From a virus (taxonomy: Duplodnaviria; Caudoviricetes): DNA of 64,000 bases. Location: positions 48,084 to 112,083 of IMG/VR virus record IMGVR_UViG_3300037067_005096, one strand, 5' to 3'. Positions 47,865-56,935 of the stretch are shown here, piece after piece (the first letter of the stretch is position 1; each line of letters begins with the position of its first letter). The notes below the pieces were generated by a model that was not told the DNA's origin, made no database searches, and saw nothing but the letters and a program-made list of their open reading frames with translations. The translations under genes were made by a program, and so were the position numbers.

Positions 47865-49270
47865 TCCCCCACGTTAGGTCGTGACCCACTGAATACCCGA
47901 AGAGCATCTGGAGACCCGTCACTAATGTCATAGTAACCAACCCCTCTATCCGTGACTCGACCCCAGACCCGCACTCGCAGTCCAAACGAAAGAGATTCTT
48001 GTGCTGTCTTATTTGTCATACCAAGCGGGTCTGGCACAGTTCCACCACTGTCGAGCAATAGATATTTTGGATAGATGACCAAATCACCACTTTCAGAGGC
48101 TATCTGGCCGATTACTGTTGTCACAGTTCCCGGTGTAAGGCTTTTATCACCGAGACGAATACCATTGGCCCTATTCGGCTCCTCGATATATGAGAAGTCT
48201 CCGAAATCAGCCGTGACCGGTTTGTCCCGAAGTTCTACCCAGTCACCAGCAGTCTTTGTATTCACCGGAACGGATGCACCTTCATAGCATCCCCGGTCAA
48301 TAGTAGTTCCCAGGATTCTTGGCATCCCTAGCAAATCGACGCTGGTAACACACGTGTTGATGCCCGTGCCGATACACGAAGAACCATATTGTAACCGATA
48401 TTGAAGTTCGTCAGACACCAGAAACAGTGGGTCAGCTTCGACGTTTTCATCCAGACCGATGACCTGCCAACTGGTAGGATAGAATGGCGTGTCTCCATTG
48501 TTGTAGAACGTGTTGTAAGAGACATCTCCACCCCCACCAGAGCCGGACACATAGATAGCTCCACCGAGTGTAGCCTGATTGTTTGCGATGATGTTGTTCT
48601 CAATGTAAGGTGCTGCGAAAGCAATAGCAATACCACCGCCCTTATGCGTGTCCTCGTTGTGATTGCCTACTATCGTGTTGTTGTAGACCAGCGGAGCACC
48701 ATTACCAATATACATGCCTGCTCCGTGGTTGTTTGCAATCAAATTGCTGCACACGATGGAGTTTCCCTGGAAGAGGAATATAGCTCCAGTGCCAGCCGGA
48801 TTTGTCCATCCATTGATGACACGGTTTGCCACAATGGTAGATGTGACCTCACTGTATATACCACGCCCCCAGATAGCTTCAGTAACCGTATTATAGGACA
48901 CTGTGGGGCTTCCACCAGTGCAGCCAATACCAATGCGACAGTTAGTGACCGTGAAGTGTGACATCGTAGCCGTGGTCGTTATCTCGACCGCGAAAGCTCC
49001 TGACATGTTTCCGTCGATGACTGTCGTGTCATCTCCAAGCAGAGTGATAGCCTTGTTCACCACCAGTGCCCCCACATACGTATGTGGCCCGGCAACTTGT
49101 ACAATATCATTCGTCGTTGCTGCAGTGATTCCTGCAGAGATGGTGTGGTAAGCATGTTCCCAGTCGTTACCAGGCCCATCATACGGCGAATCCCATTTGA
49201 CGTACACAGTGCCCGCATAGCAAGGCACAAGCAATGAAAGTACTACCATTACCAACAAAAACGTTCTCAT
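47807..49270 (-). CDS. Secreted right-handed beta-helix (pectin-lyase-like) protein with C-terminal OB-like domain
   Basis: Signal peptide, NNTIVGN/NNIIANN repeats, ADPLF, IDRGCYE. Confidence 0.8.
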   Translation of the reverse strand: MRTFLLVMVVLSLLVPCYAGTVYVKWDSPYDGPGNDWEHAYHTISAGITAATTNDIVQVAGPHTYVGALVVNKAITLLGDDTTVIDGNMSGAFAVEITTTATMSHFTVTNCRIGIGCTGGSPTVSYNTVTEAIWGRGIYSEVTSTIVANRVINGWTNPAGTGAIFLFQGNSIVCSNLIANNHGAGMYIGNGAPLVYNNTIVGNHNEDTHKGGGIAIAFAAPYIENNIIANNQATLGGAIYVSGSGGGGDVSYNTFYNNGDTPFYPTSWQVIGLDENVEADPLFLVSDELQYRLQYGSSCIGTGINTCVTSVDLLGMPRILGTTIDRGCYEGASVPVNTKTAGDWVELRDKPVTADFGDFSYIEEPNRANGIRLGDKSLTPGTVTTVIGQIASESGDLVIYPKYLLLDSGGTVPDPLGMTNKTAQESLSFGLRVRVWGRVTDRGVGYYDISDGSPDALRVFSGSRPNVGDWVTLCGISSYNGVLEPAL

Positions 49271-50262
49271 CGTGTCTCCTTTTGGTGGTATTCACACCAC
49301 CGACGATTGTAATCAACGCACACATCCAGACAGTTCTTCTGGCAGATAGGGTCTTTGTGGACATCGTGTGTAAGGAACCACTCACAACGTTCCTGCCTCA
49401 CCCGTCCAGAGTCATTTCGACCAATCGGTTTGTCTGGTGCTTCACGCAGATGTATGATACAAGGGTAGTGATATTCCCCTGTAGCAGCAATGTCATCCAA
49501 GACCAATGGACATCCGTGTGGGTCTGATTCACAGATTCCCCGCACTGGTCTACCTCGATGAGCATTCTCAAGCCGATATTCCAGTATTGGATGTTGCCCC
49601 GGTTCACCAAAGTATTGAATGTTCTGCAGCGGGATATTAGTCTGTGCCGCAGAAATCACTCGAATGTCGGCAACGCCCAAATCGTGAGCATATTGTATGA
49701 TGTCAGGAAGCTGGTCGGCATTCTCATCAGTTACAACGATGCCAACAGTCACATACGTGAGCTTCGAGAGATGCCTGATGTTCCGAGTCACAGTGTTCCA
49801 GATAACCTCGTCACCGGCTCCCATAACTGCTCCACCACTGGCACAGCAGGCATCCAACGATATAGAGAAATCGTTGACGCCAGCATCTATAAGGTCTAAG
49901 TAGAACGCCTGACTAGCAGACCCATTGGTAGAGATAGCTATGTGTTCAACACCACCTTCTACAGCCATGTCCACAAGGTCGAACAGTCCGGCATACAAAG
50001 TAGGTTCCCCACCGGAGAATCTGACATTCCGCAAGCCCTCATCAATCCAACTTTGCAGCACAAACTTCGCTTGGTCAAGCGGTATGTCTGGCCCACCAAC
50101 ATTGCGGCAGTAAGGACAGTTGAAGTTACACCGACCACCAAGCAACAGTTCACAACGATGCAGTCTGCTTCTCACAGACGCAGTGGCAGCCCTCTCATCG
50201 GAGAGCGTATAGAACCCGATGTTTTCCAGTTTCATAAACAGCCCCCGTAGTATTCTCTCCAA
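49267..50262 (-). CDS. Radical SAM protein
   Basis: CNFNCPYC, FSGGEPT, STNG, C-terminal Cys cluster; start probably MKLENIG. Confidence 0.9.
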   Translation of the reverse strand: MERILRGLFMKLENIGFYTLSDERAATASVRSRLHRCELLLGGRCNFNCPYCRNVGGPDIPLDQAKFVLQSWIDEGLRNVRFSGGEPTLYAGLFDLVDMAVEGGVEHIAISTNGSASQAFYLDLIDAGVNDFSISLDACCASGGAVMGAGDEVIWNTVTRNIRHLSKLTYVTVGIVVTDENADQLPDIIQYAHDLGVADIRVISAAQTNIPLQNIQYFGEPGQHPILEYRLENAHRGRPVRGICESDPHGCPLVLDDIAATGEYHYPCIIHLREAPDKPIGRNDSGRVRQERCEWFLTHDVHKDPICQKNCLDVCVDYNRRWCEYHQKETR

Positions 50263-50432
50263 CGCTCCTTCCAGTACTCCTCTCGTTCATCATAGCAGTC
50301 CTGACAAAGCGTAGACCAGTTGTCTTCTTCGGTCTCATATTGCGTGCAGTGGCGTCTGCATTTGGGGTATACGAAGAACCTCCGACAGCAGTCACAGAAG
50401 CCAAGCAGCTTTTTGATGAAGGTCAACATCAT
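50232..50432 (-). CDS. Small Cys-rich protein
   Basis: CDCC...LCQDC. Confidence 0.55.
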   Translation of the reverse strand: MMLTFIKKLLGFCDCCRRFFVYPKCRRHCTQYETEEDNWSTLCQDCYDEREEYWKERWREYYGGCL

Positions 50433-51001
50433 TGCATCGGAAGGTTGATGTCGTTCGGCCAGTCTTCCGGCCTGACAGTAATAACGATGTATTGCAGGTA
50501 CTTGTTGAACACCTTGTGCGGGCTGTAATAGTCAGTAACAGACCGTTTGAACTCGTTATAGTATTCCTCACCACAACTGGCCTTGCTAGAATGACTCAAG
50601 TAAGCCTTTGTGATAGCGTTGCCATCTACCATAAATGAGACAGTAGGAGCCTTGACAGTCTCATCCAACTTCACCCGGACTCTGTTCAACGGCAGCGTGG
50701 TGATAGTGTAGGTGTTGTTCTCAATCTCCCACGCGAACCGAATGTTGGTGACGACATACTGCTTCTCTCCGGTGTACTTACCGTCCACACCACCCATGAA
50801 AAGGAACCATCCGCCAGAGAGTTCGCCTTTCGCTGGCTCTGTTTTGACTTCTGGATTACAGAACATCTTACGAAGCTGATGCTGTGACCCATAGAATGCC
50901 TGAACCTCAGAAGCCGGGTCAGTCCCATAACGACCACAACCTGACAATGCCAATACTACCAATCCAAGAACTAGATACCGCATATAGGTCTCCTTTCTCA
51001 T
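50429..51001 (-). CDS. Lipoprotein
   Basis: Lipobox LSGC after a hydrophobic leader. Confidence 0.75.
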   Translation of the reverse strand: MRKETYMRYLVLGLVVLALSGCGRYGTDPASEVQAFYGSQHQLRKMFCNPEVKTEPAKGELSGGWFLFMGGVDGKYTGEKQYVVTNIRFAWEIENNTYTITTLPLNRVRVKLDETVKAPTVSFMVDGNAITKAYLSHSSKASCGEEYYNEFKRSVTDYYSPHKVFNKYLQYIVITVRPEDWPNDINLPMQ

Positions 51002-51087
51002 TACTTATCTAAGTGTAACACCCATTTTGGCAGAAGTCTACTGGTATAATTACCAGTTCTACTTGCCATTATAGGTTCGATTGCTGT

Positions 51088-51285
51088 CTAGTTACGAGCT
51101 TTCTTTCCGAAGAGAAAATTTCTGAACGATGGTGAGGATGCTGGTAGCCCTCCATAGTGACTACGCTTATCCGGTGTTTGGGCATCTTGAGTAGGCCCAC
51201 AGCAGTCACGACAAATCATCTCGATGCCTAACCATTCAACTCCACCCGTGTTCTTTAGCTCAGCCCCACAACGTTTGCAGCGCAT
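51088..51285 (-). CDS. Small Zn-ribbon protein
   Basis: CKRCG...ICRDC. Confidence 0.55.
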   Translation of the reverse strand: MRCKRCGAELKNTGGVEWLGIEMICRDCCGPTQDAQTPDKRSHYGGLPASSPSFRNFLFGKKARN

Positions 51286-51289
51286 TTGG

Positions 51290-51988
51290 TCACCTCTCCC
51301 TCAAGATGGCTCGCCAGGCCCCTTGATAGCCTTCATGTGTGCCAACATCATATCGAGTGACATTCGATAGCACTACTGCTTGCTTGATGCACTTGTTCAG
51401 TGCAGTCGGCCAGTCATCACCCTGAGAGAAGTAGTCGAATATGACTGGGGGCAGAATGTAGCGTCCTGCGATAGCATAGAGACTCAGTGGGTTATCCGGC
51501 TTCTCCACCAGACCCCCACTCTCAAAGATGCCATTCTCCGGGTTGGTCAGCGGGATAATGACACCATACTTCTGGACATCTTCAGCTTCATGCTGCACAA
51601 GCACACAGTTCTTGAGTCTCATCATTGTGCGTATAGGCAGCACGGACACTATACCATCCGGCAGCAATACCGAGTCTGCCAGCACCAGCATGAAGTCATC
51701 AGAAATGACTGACTGGACACATTGCAGAGCATTAACCGGGCCGTTGGGTTCCTTCTGTACCCAAAAACTGATGCCCACATGTGGTATTGACTTGATAGCC
51801 GTTTGAAACAACCACTTGTGTTCCGGGTTGCAAACTATGACTATCTCCTCAACACCAGCTTGAACTATCTCATCTAAGATGTGCTGTATCACCGGAGTCT
51901 TACCCAGTGGAAACAGAGCCTTTGGTATTGCCCGGCTCAGGGACTCCACACGAGTAGTTTTACCGGCTGCCAGAATCACTGCTTTCAT
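51290..51988 (-). CDS. Sugar-1-phosphate nucleotidyltransferase (GalU/RmlA/HddC superfamily)
   Basis: AVILAAGKTTR...PK, QKEPNG, LAD, VEKP, GRYIL. Confidence 0.88.
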   Translation of the reverse strand: MKAVILAAGKTTRVESLSRAIPKALFPLGKTPVIQHILDEIVQAGVEEIVIVCNPEHKWLFQTAIKSIPHVGISFWVQKEPNGPVNALQCVQSVISDDFMLVLADSVLLPDGIVSVLPIRTMMRLKNCVLVQHEAEDVQKYGVIIPLTNPENGIFESGGLVEKPDNPLSLYAIAGRYILPPVIFDYFSQGDDWPTALNKCIKQAVVLSNVTRYDVGTHEGYQGAWRAILRER

Positions 51989-52424
51989 TCAAAGCCTCCC
52001 ATGACAGCATCGCCTCAACTCGCTCACGAGTAAGGAAATGCAAGTTCATCTTGTCTTTGTTTCGCTCATACCAGGGCTTAGCATTCCAGCCCTTTCCTCG
52101 TGCCTTTGCCATTGCCCGCCAGTCTGCTACCATCTCCAAAACATCAGCGTCCGGCATCTGCAACGGCTCATTGTCATCACCAATCCAGAACTGCCAATGG
52201 TGCGAATTGTGATGCTTGTGATGCAGCCAGGCTACAGCAAAATTGGCCTTGACCTTATCCTTGTGGCCGTAGAACGTCTCTACGTAGCTTGACCATTCCT
52301 CTTCGCTGAACTTACTCATATCGTGGACAATGCCCCGCCAGGTGATACCCAATCTTCGGCATTCCTGGAACACCAACCACTTATGCAGCAACACGTACTT
52401 GAGGTATTCCCAGTGTTTCTTCAT
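51960..52424 (-). CDS. HD-like protein (DUF5662-type)
   Basis: HDMSKF, AWLHHKHHNSHHWQ, EMVADWRA. Confidence 0.75.
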   Translation of the reverse strand: MKKHWEYLKYVLLHKWLVFQECRRLGITWRGIVHDMSKFSEEEWSSYVETFYGHKDKVKANFAVAWLHHKHHNSHHWQFWIGDDNEPLQMPDADVLEMVADWRAMAKARGKGWNAKPWYERNKDKMNLHFLTRERVEAMLSWEALNESSDSGSR

Positions 52425-52621
52425 TATACCCCTCTCAAATAGATATGTTCTGTGGCTCTACCGCAGCTTTCACACGTAACAGTTCCAGTGTCCACGTTGT
52501 AGGCAATTAAGTCCCCAACTCTAATCTCTTCTCCGCACTCCTTGCAGTAGAAATAGTATTTTGCTTTGAGCCAACGAATAGGAGTATCGTAGGCCCCATC
52601 ACCAAATCTTCGTTTACCCAT
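52424..52621 (-). CDS. Small Zn-finger protein
   Basis: AAGGAG RBS after tRNA-Asp; CKECG..GD...CESC. Confidence 0.65.
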   Translation of the reverse strand: MGKRRFGDGAYDTPIRWLKAKYYFYCKECGEEIRVGDLIAYNVDTGTVTCESCGRATEHIYLRGV

Positions 52622-52635
52622 ATTACTCCTTTCTT

Positions 52636-52711
52636 TGGCGGGGCCAGGGGGATTTGAACCCCCGACCCTCTGCTCGACAGGCAGACGCTCTAACCACTGA
52701 GCTATGACCCC
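52636..52711 (-). tRNA. tRNA-Asp(GUC)
   Basis: Loop CT-GTC-GA, G73, CCA. Confidence 0.93.
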
Positions 52712-53196
52712 ATACGTTCTTTCATCCACGGCTCCAGCACAAACCTGTCACCAGGAACAAAACCTTCTTCACGCTGACTGATGAACCGCCATTTCTCTGC
52801 TTCCGGCCAGTCCTTTCGGATAGCATCCTGAGCATCTTCGTCATTGGCTGCAGAAACTACAGCACATAAAATGGCATTGTCTTCACCATCGTAACCACTG
52901 CACCACCATCCAAGTATCTGCTCATTTGGCGGAAATGTCAACGGTCGATAGTCGTCTCCAGGTTGAACCCAGCTTATCCAGTATCGGTGCATAGTTGCTC
53001 CTTCATATACTCGTGAGCCATCAGACAGCACACGATGAGTTTTCAATGGACACCAATCCTTATGCTTCCAGAAAGCCATCCACATCCCACAGCCCCGGTC
53101 TGTCCATTCTCCCTGGCACAACCAGCAATGCCAGTTGCCGGAAAGCAGCTTGCGGAAGAGTTTACGAATCATTGGCCTACCTTTCTCGGAGGCCAT
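52702..53196 (-). CDS. Hypothetical protein (strong internal start at 52992, MHRYWISW)
   Basis: GAAGGAG RBS; stop lies inside tRNA-Asp. Confidence 0.7.
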   Translation of the reverse strand: MASEKGRPMIRKLFRKLLSGNWHCWLCQGEWTDRGCGMWMAFWKHKDWCPLKTHRVLSDGSRVYEGATMHRYWISWVQPGDDYRPLTFPPNEQILGWWCSGYDGEDNAILCAVVSAANDEDAQDAIRKDWPEAEKWRFISQREEGFVPGDRFVLEPWMKERMGS

Positions 53197-53396
53197 GCCA
53201 CAGAAGACACGCTCTTTCTGTTGATTATCCTCTTAGCATGGTCAAGTAAAGGAGTGGCCCCTTTGGTAAAGTCATTGCAGGCAAGCTGCAACTCATCTAC
53301 GATATTAGCAAGCTCAGTGATGAGCTTATCCTTAGCAGCTATGATTCTGTTGTGCTCTTTGACCGTGATAGTCGGCTCAGGCTTTCTCATAGACAT
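53169..53396 (-). CDS. Hypothetical protein
   Basis: Operon-filling ORF. Confidence 0.5.
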   Translation of the reverse strand: MSMRKPEPTITVKEHNRIIAAKDKLITELANIVDELQLACNDFTKGATPLLDHAKRIINRKSVSSVAWPPRKVGQ

Positions 53397-53655
53397 CTCC
53401 GTTTTCAGCTATCTTCTCATCCTCGTACGGAGCCATCACCCGCCGATAGAACTCATCAGAAGCATCGTTCATTGCTGCCCGAATAGCCGACATCACCTTG
53501 TAGCTGCGTCCGTATGTCTGAACCAACTCGCTGGCAATGGTAGAAATCACGTAGTTGAACTCCCCAGTGATGTTGTCCAACGTTATGTGGTTGGCGACAT
53601 CTATCACCGGTTCATTATCGAGAACTCTTCGTTGTGGTTGCTTGATGTAAGGCAT
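53377..53655 (-). CDS. Conserved phage hypothetical protein
   Basis: MPYIKQ..R, GEFNY, EFYRR..APYEDEKI.ENGDVY. Confidence 0.8.
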   Translation of the reverse strand: MPYIKQPQRRVLDNEPVIDVANHITLDNITGEFNYVISTIASELVQTYGRSYKVMSAIRAAMNDASDEFYRRVMAPYEDEKIAENGDVYEKA

Positions 53656-54006
53656 CTAATCATCCTCCTCTATAAGAGCCGTTATCCGAACACTTCTCCG
53701 CTGCATGCCCAACGTCACAAATCGAAGATTGTACTCTCGGTATACAACAGTAGAAGTAGAAAGCCTTTGGTGTGTTTCTAGCTTGGTCTCAGGTAAGACT
53801 ATACCCAGTCCTACTGTGTGAGCATCACACCATCCACCATACCAAGCATGTCTAAATCTGGCACGGAGAAATTCTCCACTACCGCCAACACACTTATAAG
53901 GATTACTCTCATCTGTCTCACCATGACGAGCAGCAGTAAAACCCTTATTATAGGCCCCTAACTCCGCCTTATTCTTGTAGCAGTGCTCAATTTGCAGCGA
54001 CATCAC
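53656..54006 (-). CDS. Ribosome-modulation-factor (Rmf)-like protein
   Basis: AYNKGFTAARHG...NPY...AWYGGWCDA matches Rmf pattern G(Y/F)xAG...PY...WxxGW. Confidence 0.6.
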   Translation of the reverse strand: MMSLQIEHCYKNKAELGAYNKGFTAARHGETDESNPYKCVGGSGEFLRARFRHAWYGGWCDAHTVGLGIVLPETKLETHQRLSTSTVVYREYNLRFVTLGMQRRSVRITALIEEDD

Positions 54007-54265
54007 AAGGTACCAGCTTGATTTTCACCTGGTCGCCATTCACGTGAGGAACCAGGTTGAGATGATTGTCAGCAGCCCCACAAAAGAACTGAGCTTCCAT
54101 CTTGGCTTCACCATAGCCCAAGTTCTCCGGCCAACGTCTCTTTGCCTCAGCTATGCCCCACCCGCTGGCCTCAGCATGTCCCGGAGCCAGCACCAGCGCA
54201 CACTCTACAATCTGAGAACTGTCACGCCGGTCAGTGACTCTCCATACGATGAAATAGAGGTTCAT
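53987..54265 (-). CDS. Hypothetical protein
   Basis: ATGA overlap with rtcB. Confidence 0.6.
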   Translation of the reverse strand: MNLYFIVWRVTDRRDSSQIVECALVLAPGHAEASGWGIAEAKRRWPENLGYGEAKMEAQFFCGAADNHLNLVPHVNGDQVKIKLVPCDVAAN

Positions 54266-55428
54266 CCTTTCACCACCGCCATAGGCTCCAGAGTGTGAAC
54301 TATATCCACCAGGTCGCTCTGTTCCGCCATCACTACGTCGATGTCCTTATAGGCCCCAGACGCTTCTTCCAAGTCATCCTTGCTGCGGATTGCGTGCAGA
54401 ATGCCCTTGCTGTCAAGTGCCTGCACCTCAGCCTCAAAGTCCAGGCTGCGAATGGCTTCCTTGCGCCCCATCCGTCGTCCGGCTCCGTGACTGCAACTCA
54501 TGAACGAGTCAGGGTTGCCTTTGCCCCGGACAATATAACTCTTCGTGCCCTGCGAGCCGGGAATGATACCCAACTCATACTCCTGTGCTCGTGTTGCACC
54601 CTTACGATGCACCATCACGTTCTGACCGAAGTGATTCTCCATCGCTGCATAGTTGTGATGGATGTTGATGGCCGTCAAGAACAGACCCTTTGTCACTTCG
54701 TAGATGATAGGCTCTATGAGGTCAGTCATCAGGTCACGATTAGCTGCCGCAAACTGTAAGCAATACTCCATCTCTCGAAGATATTGCTTACCCTCGAATG
54801 AGTCTCGCGGCAAGAATGCCAACTCCCACTCCTTTGGCACAGAGCTATACCACTGAGCATTGAACTTCTGTGCCACTTTGTTATAGTGGTCAGCGACCTT
54901 CTTACCCAAGTTCCGAGAGCCGGAGTGAATCATCAGCCACACGATACCTTCCTCGTCTCGCTGTATCTCGATGAAGTGGTTTCCACCACCCAGGGTACCA
55001 AGCTGGTATCTGGCCGACTCCCACTGCTCCCGAAGCACTACGAACTGGTGAATGTCTTCCAGTCCTGGTTCCTCCGGTAGAGTGTGCGGGGTTGAATGAT
55101 GCTTGAATCCAACCGGCACTGCCTCACGAATCTGCCCCAGGATGGCCTTTAGCTGCTCCTGTGTCAAACTCTCAGCATGCAGATTGGTCTTGACCGCTTT
55201 CATTCCACAGCCGATGTCTACACCTACGGCATTTGGAATGACCACAGCATCAGTAGCTATGACTCCTCCAATAGGCATACCGTAGCCCTGGTGAGTATCG
55301 GGCATCAAACATATCTGCTTGACTGTGAAAGGCAAGTTAGCCAGATGCCTAGCTTGCTCTATTGCTCCGTTCTCCGGTTCATTGCACCAACTCTTGATGA
55401 CAAGCCGGTCTTCATTGAAGTATTTCAC
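54262..55428 (-). CDS. rtcB: RtcB RNA ligase
   Basis: MPDTHQG, GVDIGCG, GGGNHFIE, HSGSR, HHNY, HRKGAT, SHGAGR. Confidence 0.96.
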   Translation of the reverse strand: MKYFNEDRLVIKSWCNEPENGAIEQARHLANLPFTVKQICLMPDTHQGYGMPIGGVIATDAVVIPNAVGVDIGCGMKAVKTNLHAESLTQEQLKAILGQIREAVPVGFKHHSTPHTLPEEPGLEDIHQFVVLREQWESARYQLGTLGGGNHFIEIQRDEEGIVWLMIHSGSRNLGKKVADHYNKVAQKFNAQWYSSVPKEWELAFLPRDSFEGKQYLREMEYCLQFAAANRDLMTDLIEPIIYEVTKGLFLTAINIHHNYAAMENHFGQNVMVHRKGATRAQEYELGIIPGSQGTKSYIVRGKGNPDSFMSCSHGAGRRMGRKEAIRSLDFEAEVQALDSKGILHAIRSKDDLEEASGAYKDIDVVMAEQSDLVDIVHTLEPMAVVKG

Positions 55429-55664
55429 TGTGTAATATCTCCTCCCTGCATTCGGATGGTGACACTTGTAGGAGCCATTAACTCATTAAAGTCACGCTGC
55501 ATGACAACTTCACAAGTGCGTCCGGTAATCTCTACACACCGGCGTCTATCTATGTATCGAAACACTGCTGTGCCATCTGGCACACGACCCCAGCGAATAA
55601 GCAGGTTCACTGCCTGTCGATAACACCATCGACGGAATCTCATTCCATTCCACCCCATTTCCAC
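55425..55664 (-). CDS. Hypothetical protein
   Basis: Operon-filling ORF. Confidence 0.5.
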   Translation of the reverse strand: MEMGWNGMRFRRWCYRQAVNLLIRWGRVPDGTAVFRYIDRRRCVEITGRTCEVVMQRDFNELMAPTSVTIRMQGGDITQ

Positions 55665-56425
55665 ATATACTCAACCATCCTAACACAAAGCTCTGAGATA
55701 GCCTCTGCATCCGGCTGAGCCGGAAGTGTGCTATTGATGTAGGCTTCCTCCGCCCGGCTGAATAGCCGGTTGGCTTCATCTTTGACCTGCTCCAATGTCC
55801 AAGCCCCACGCTTGATTTCAAGCAATTGAGCAGCGTCGTGTCGTTCTACATAAAGCTCGCCCTCTGTCAGGAACTCAATCCCCATTCGCAGGAGCCGGAT
55901 GAGATGAGCAGCGTTCTTGGTGTCGTATCCGAACTTCTCGACCAGACTCTTACGCTTCTCACCCATATAGCCCTCAAAGGCACAAGCCGTCATCTTGTGA
56001 AGCTGAGCGTGGGCATAGCCTACAAATGGCCGGTAGACATGCTTACCTACAAACAGGTCTCTCCGCTCACGGAGCATCTTACCTGATGGTGTGTTCTTGA
56101 TGATATGATTCTCGTTCACCCACAGCAGCGACAGCACATTTGGGTTGCCCTGCTTGAGCAGTGACATCACCTTTCGAGCTTCATAGACCACAATATCCCA
56201 CTCGTTCCGCTTGATTTCCTGTGTGCCCCGCGACCCGAACTCTTTCAGGCCCATATAATGAGACTTTGGAGGAACACAGATAGCCATAGTATCCTTATCG
56301 TCAAAGGACAGTGGGTCTGAGTTTGGCACATACATCCCGTGGGCAATCGACCCACGATATACGTGCAGAATGCACCATCTGTCCAGTGCCGGATTGTCTC
56401 TGAGAATGTCTCTCGGTACGCTCAT
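55640..56425 (-). CDS. Pol-beta-superfamily nucleotidyltransferase (RlaP/YcgL-like, RNA-repair associated)
   Basis: RGSIAHG...DDKD, KQGNPN, YDTKNAAHLIRL. Confidence 0.85.
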   Translation of the reverse strand: MSVPRDILRDNPALDRWCILHVYRGSIAHGMYVPNSDPLSFDDKDTMAICVPPKSHYMGLKEFGSRGTQEIKRNEWDIVVYEARKVMSLLKQGNPNVLSLLWVNENHIIKNTPSGKMLRERRDLFVGKHVYRPFVGYAHAQLHKMTACAFEGYMGEKRKSLVEKFGYDTKNAAHLIRLLRMGIEFLTEGELYVERHDAAQLLEIKRGAWTLEQVKDEANRLFSRAEEAYINSTLPAQPDAEAISELCVRMVEYMWKWGGME

Positions 56426-56448
56426 AATGAATCTCCAGTATGATTGCT

Positions 56449-56486
56449 GGATTGTCAAGTTTTCAGTACAAAAAACTTGACAATCC
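56449..56486. other. Inverted repeat GGATTGTCAAGTTTT...AAAACTTGACAATCC (hairpin or operator)
   Basis: Seen directly in the intergenic region upstream of the nucleotidyltransferase. Confidence 0.6.
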
Positions 56487-56491
56487 CGGAA

Positions 56492-56836
56492 CTACTTCTT
56501 CGTTGCCAGCAGCTTCTCAGCGTCACTCTGGTCAATAGTGACCTGGCCCTTTTCGGTGTCCAGCGTGTAGTTGCTGTCGGAGACCTCGAATGGGAAAGTG
56601 ATGACCGCCCGCAAGCCTGTTGCATGAGTTGTGACTTTGGTCAGTTTCCCCACCCCGGCGATGTCGGTTACGTAGTCGGTTTTCTTGGCTATCTGGCCGT
56701 TGCATATTGCAATGATGCCCAGAATGAGAAGAAGCACACCACACAGAGCAGCCCATGCCCCACTCTCATTGCCATCCTCCAGCCAACAAATCAGCCCTAC
56801 CACGATAAGAAGAAACACTGCGATTCCCCAAAACAT
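56492..56836 (-). CDS. Membrane protein
   Basis: Two N-terminal TM segments; AAGGAGG RBS. Confidence 0.7.
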   Translation of the reverse strand: MFWGIAVFLLIVVGLICWLEDGNESGAWAALCGVLLLILGIIAICNGQIAKKTDYVTDIAGVGKLTKVTTHATGLRAVITFPFEVSDSNYTLDTEKGQVTIDQSDAEKLLATKK

Positions 56837-56935
56837 TGTTTCCGTTGCCTCCTTTGATGTAGTTGTTTGGGTTACTACATACTTCAGTATACTGAAGTTC
56901 TGTATCAGCGTCTACTGGTAGAAATACCTGTTTTG

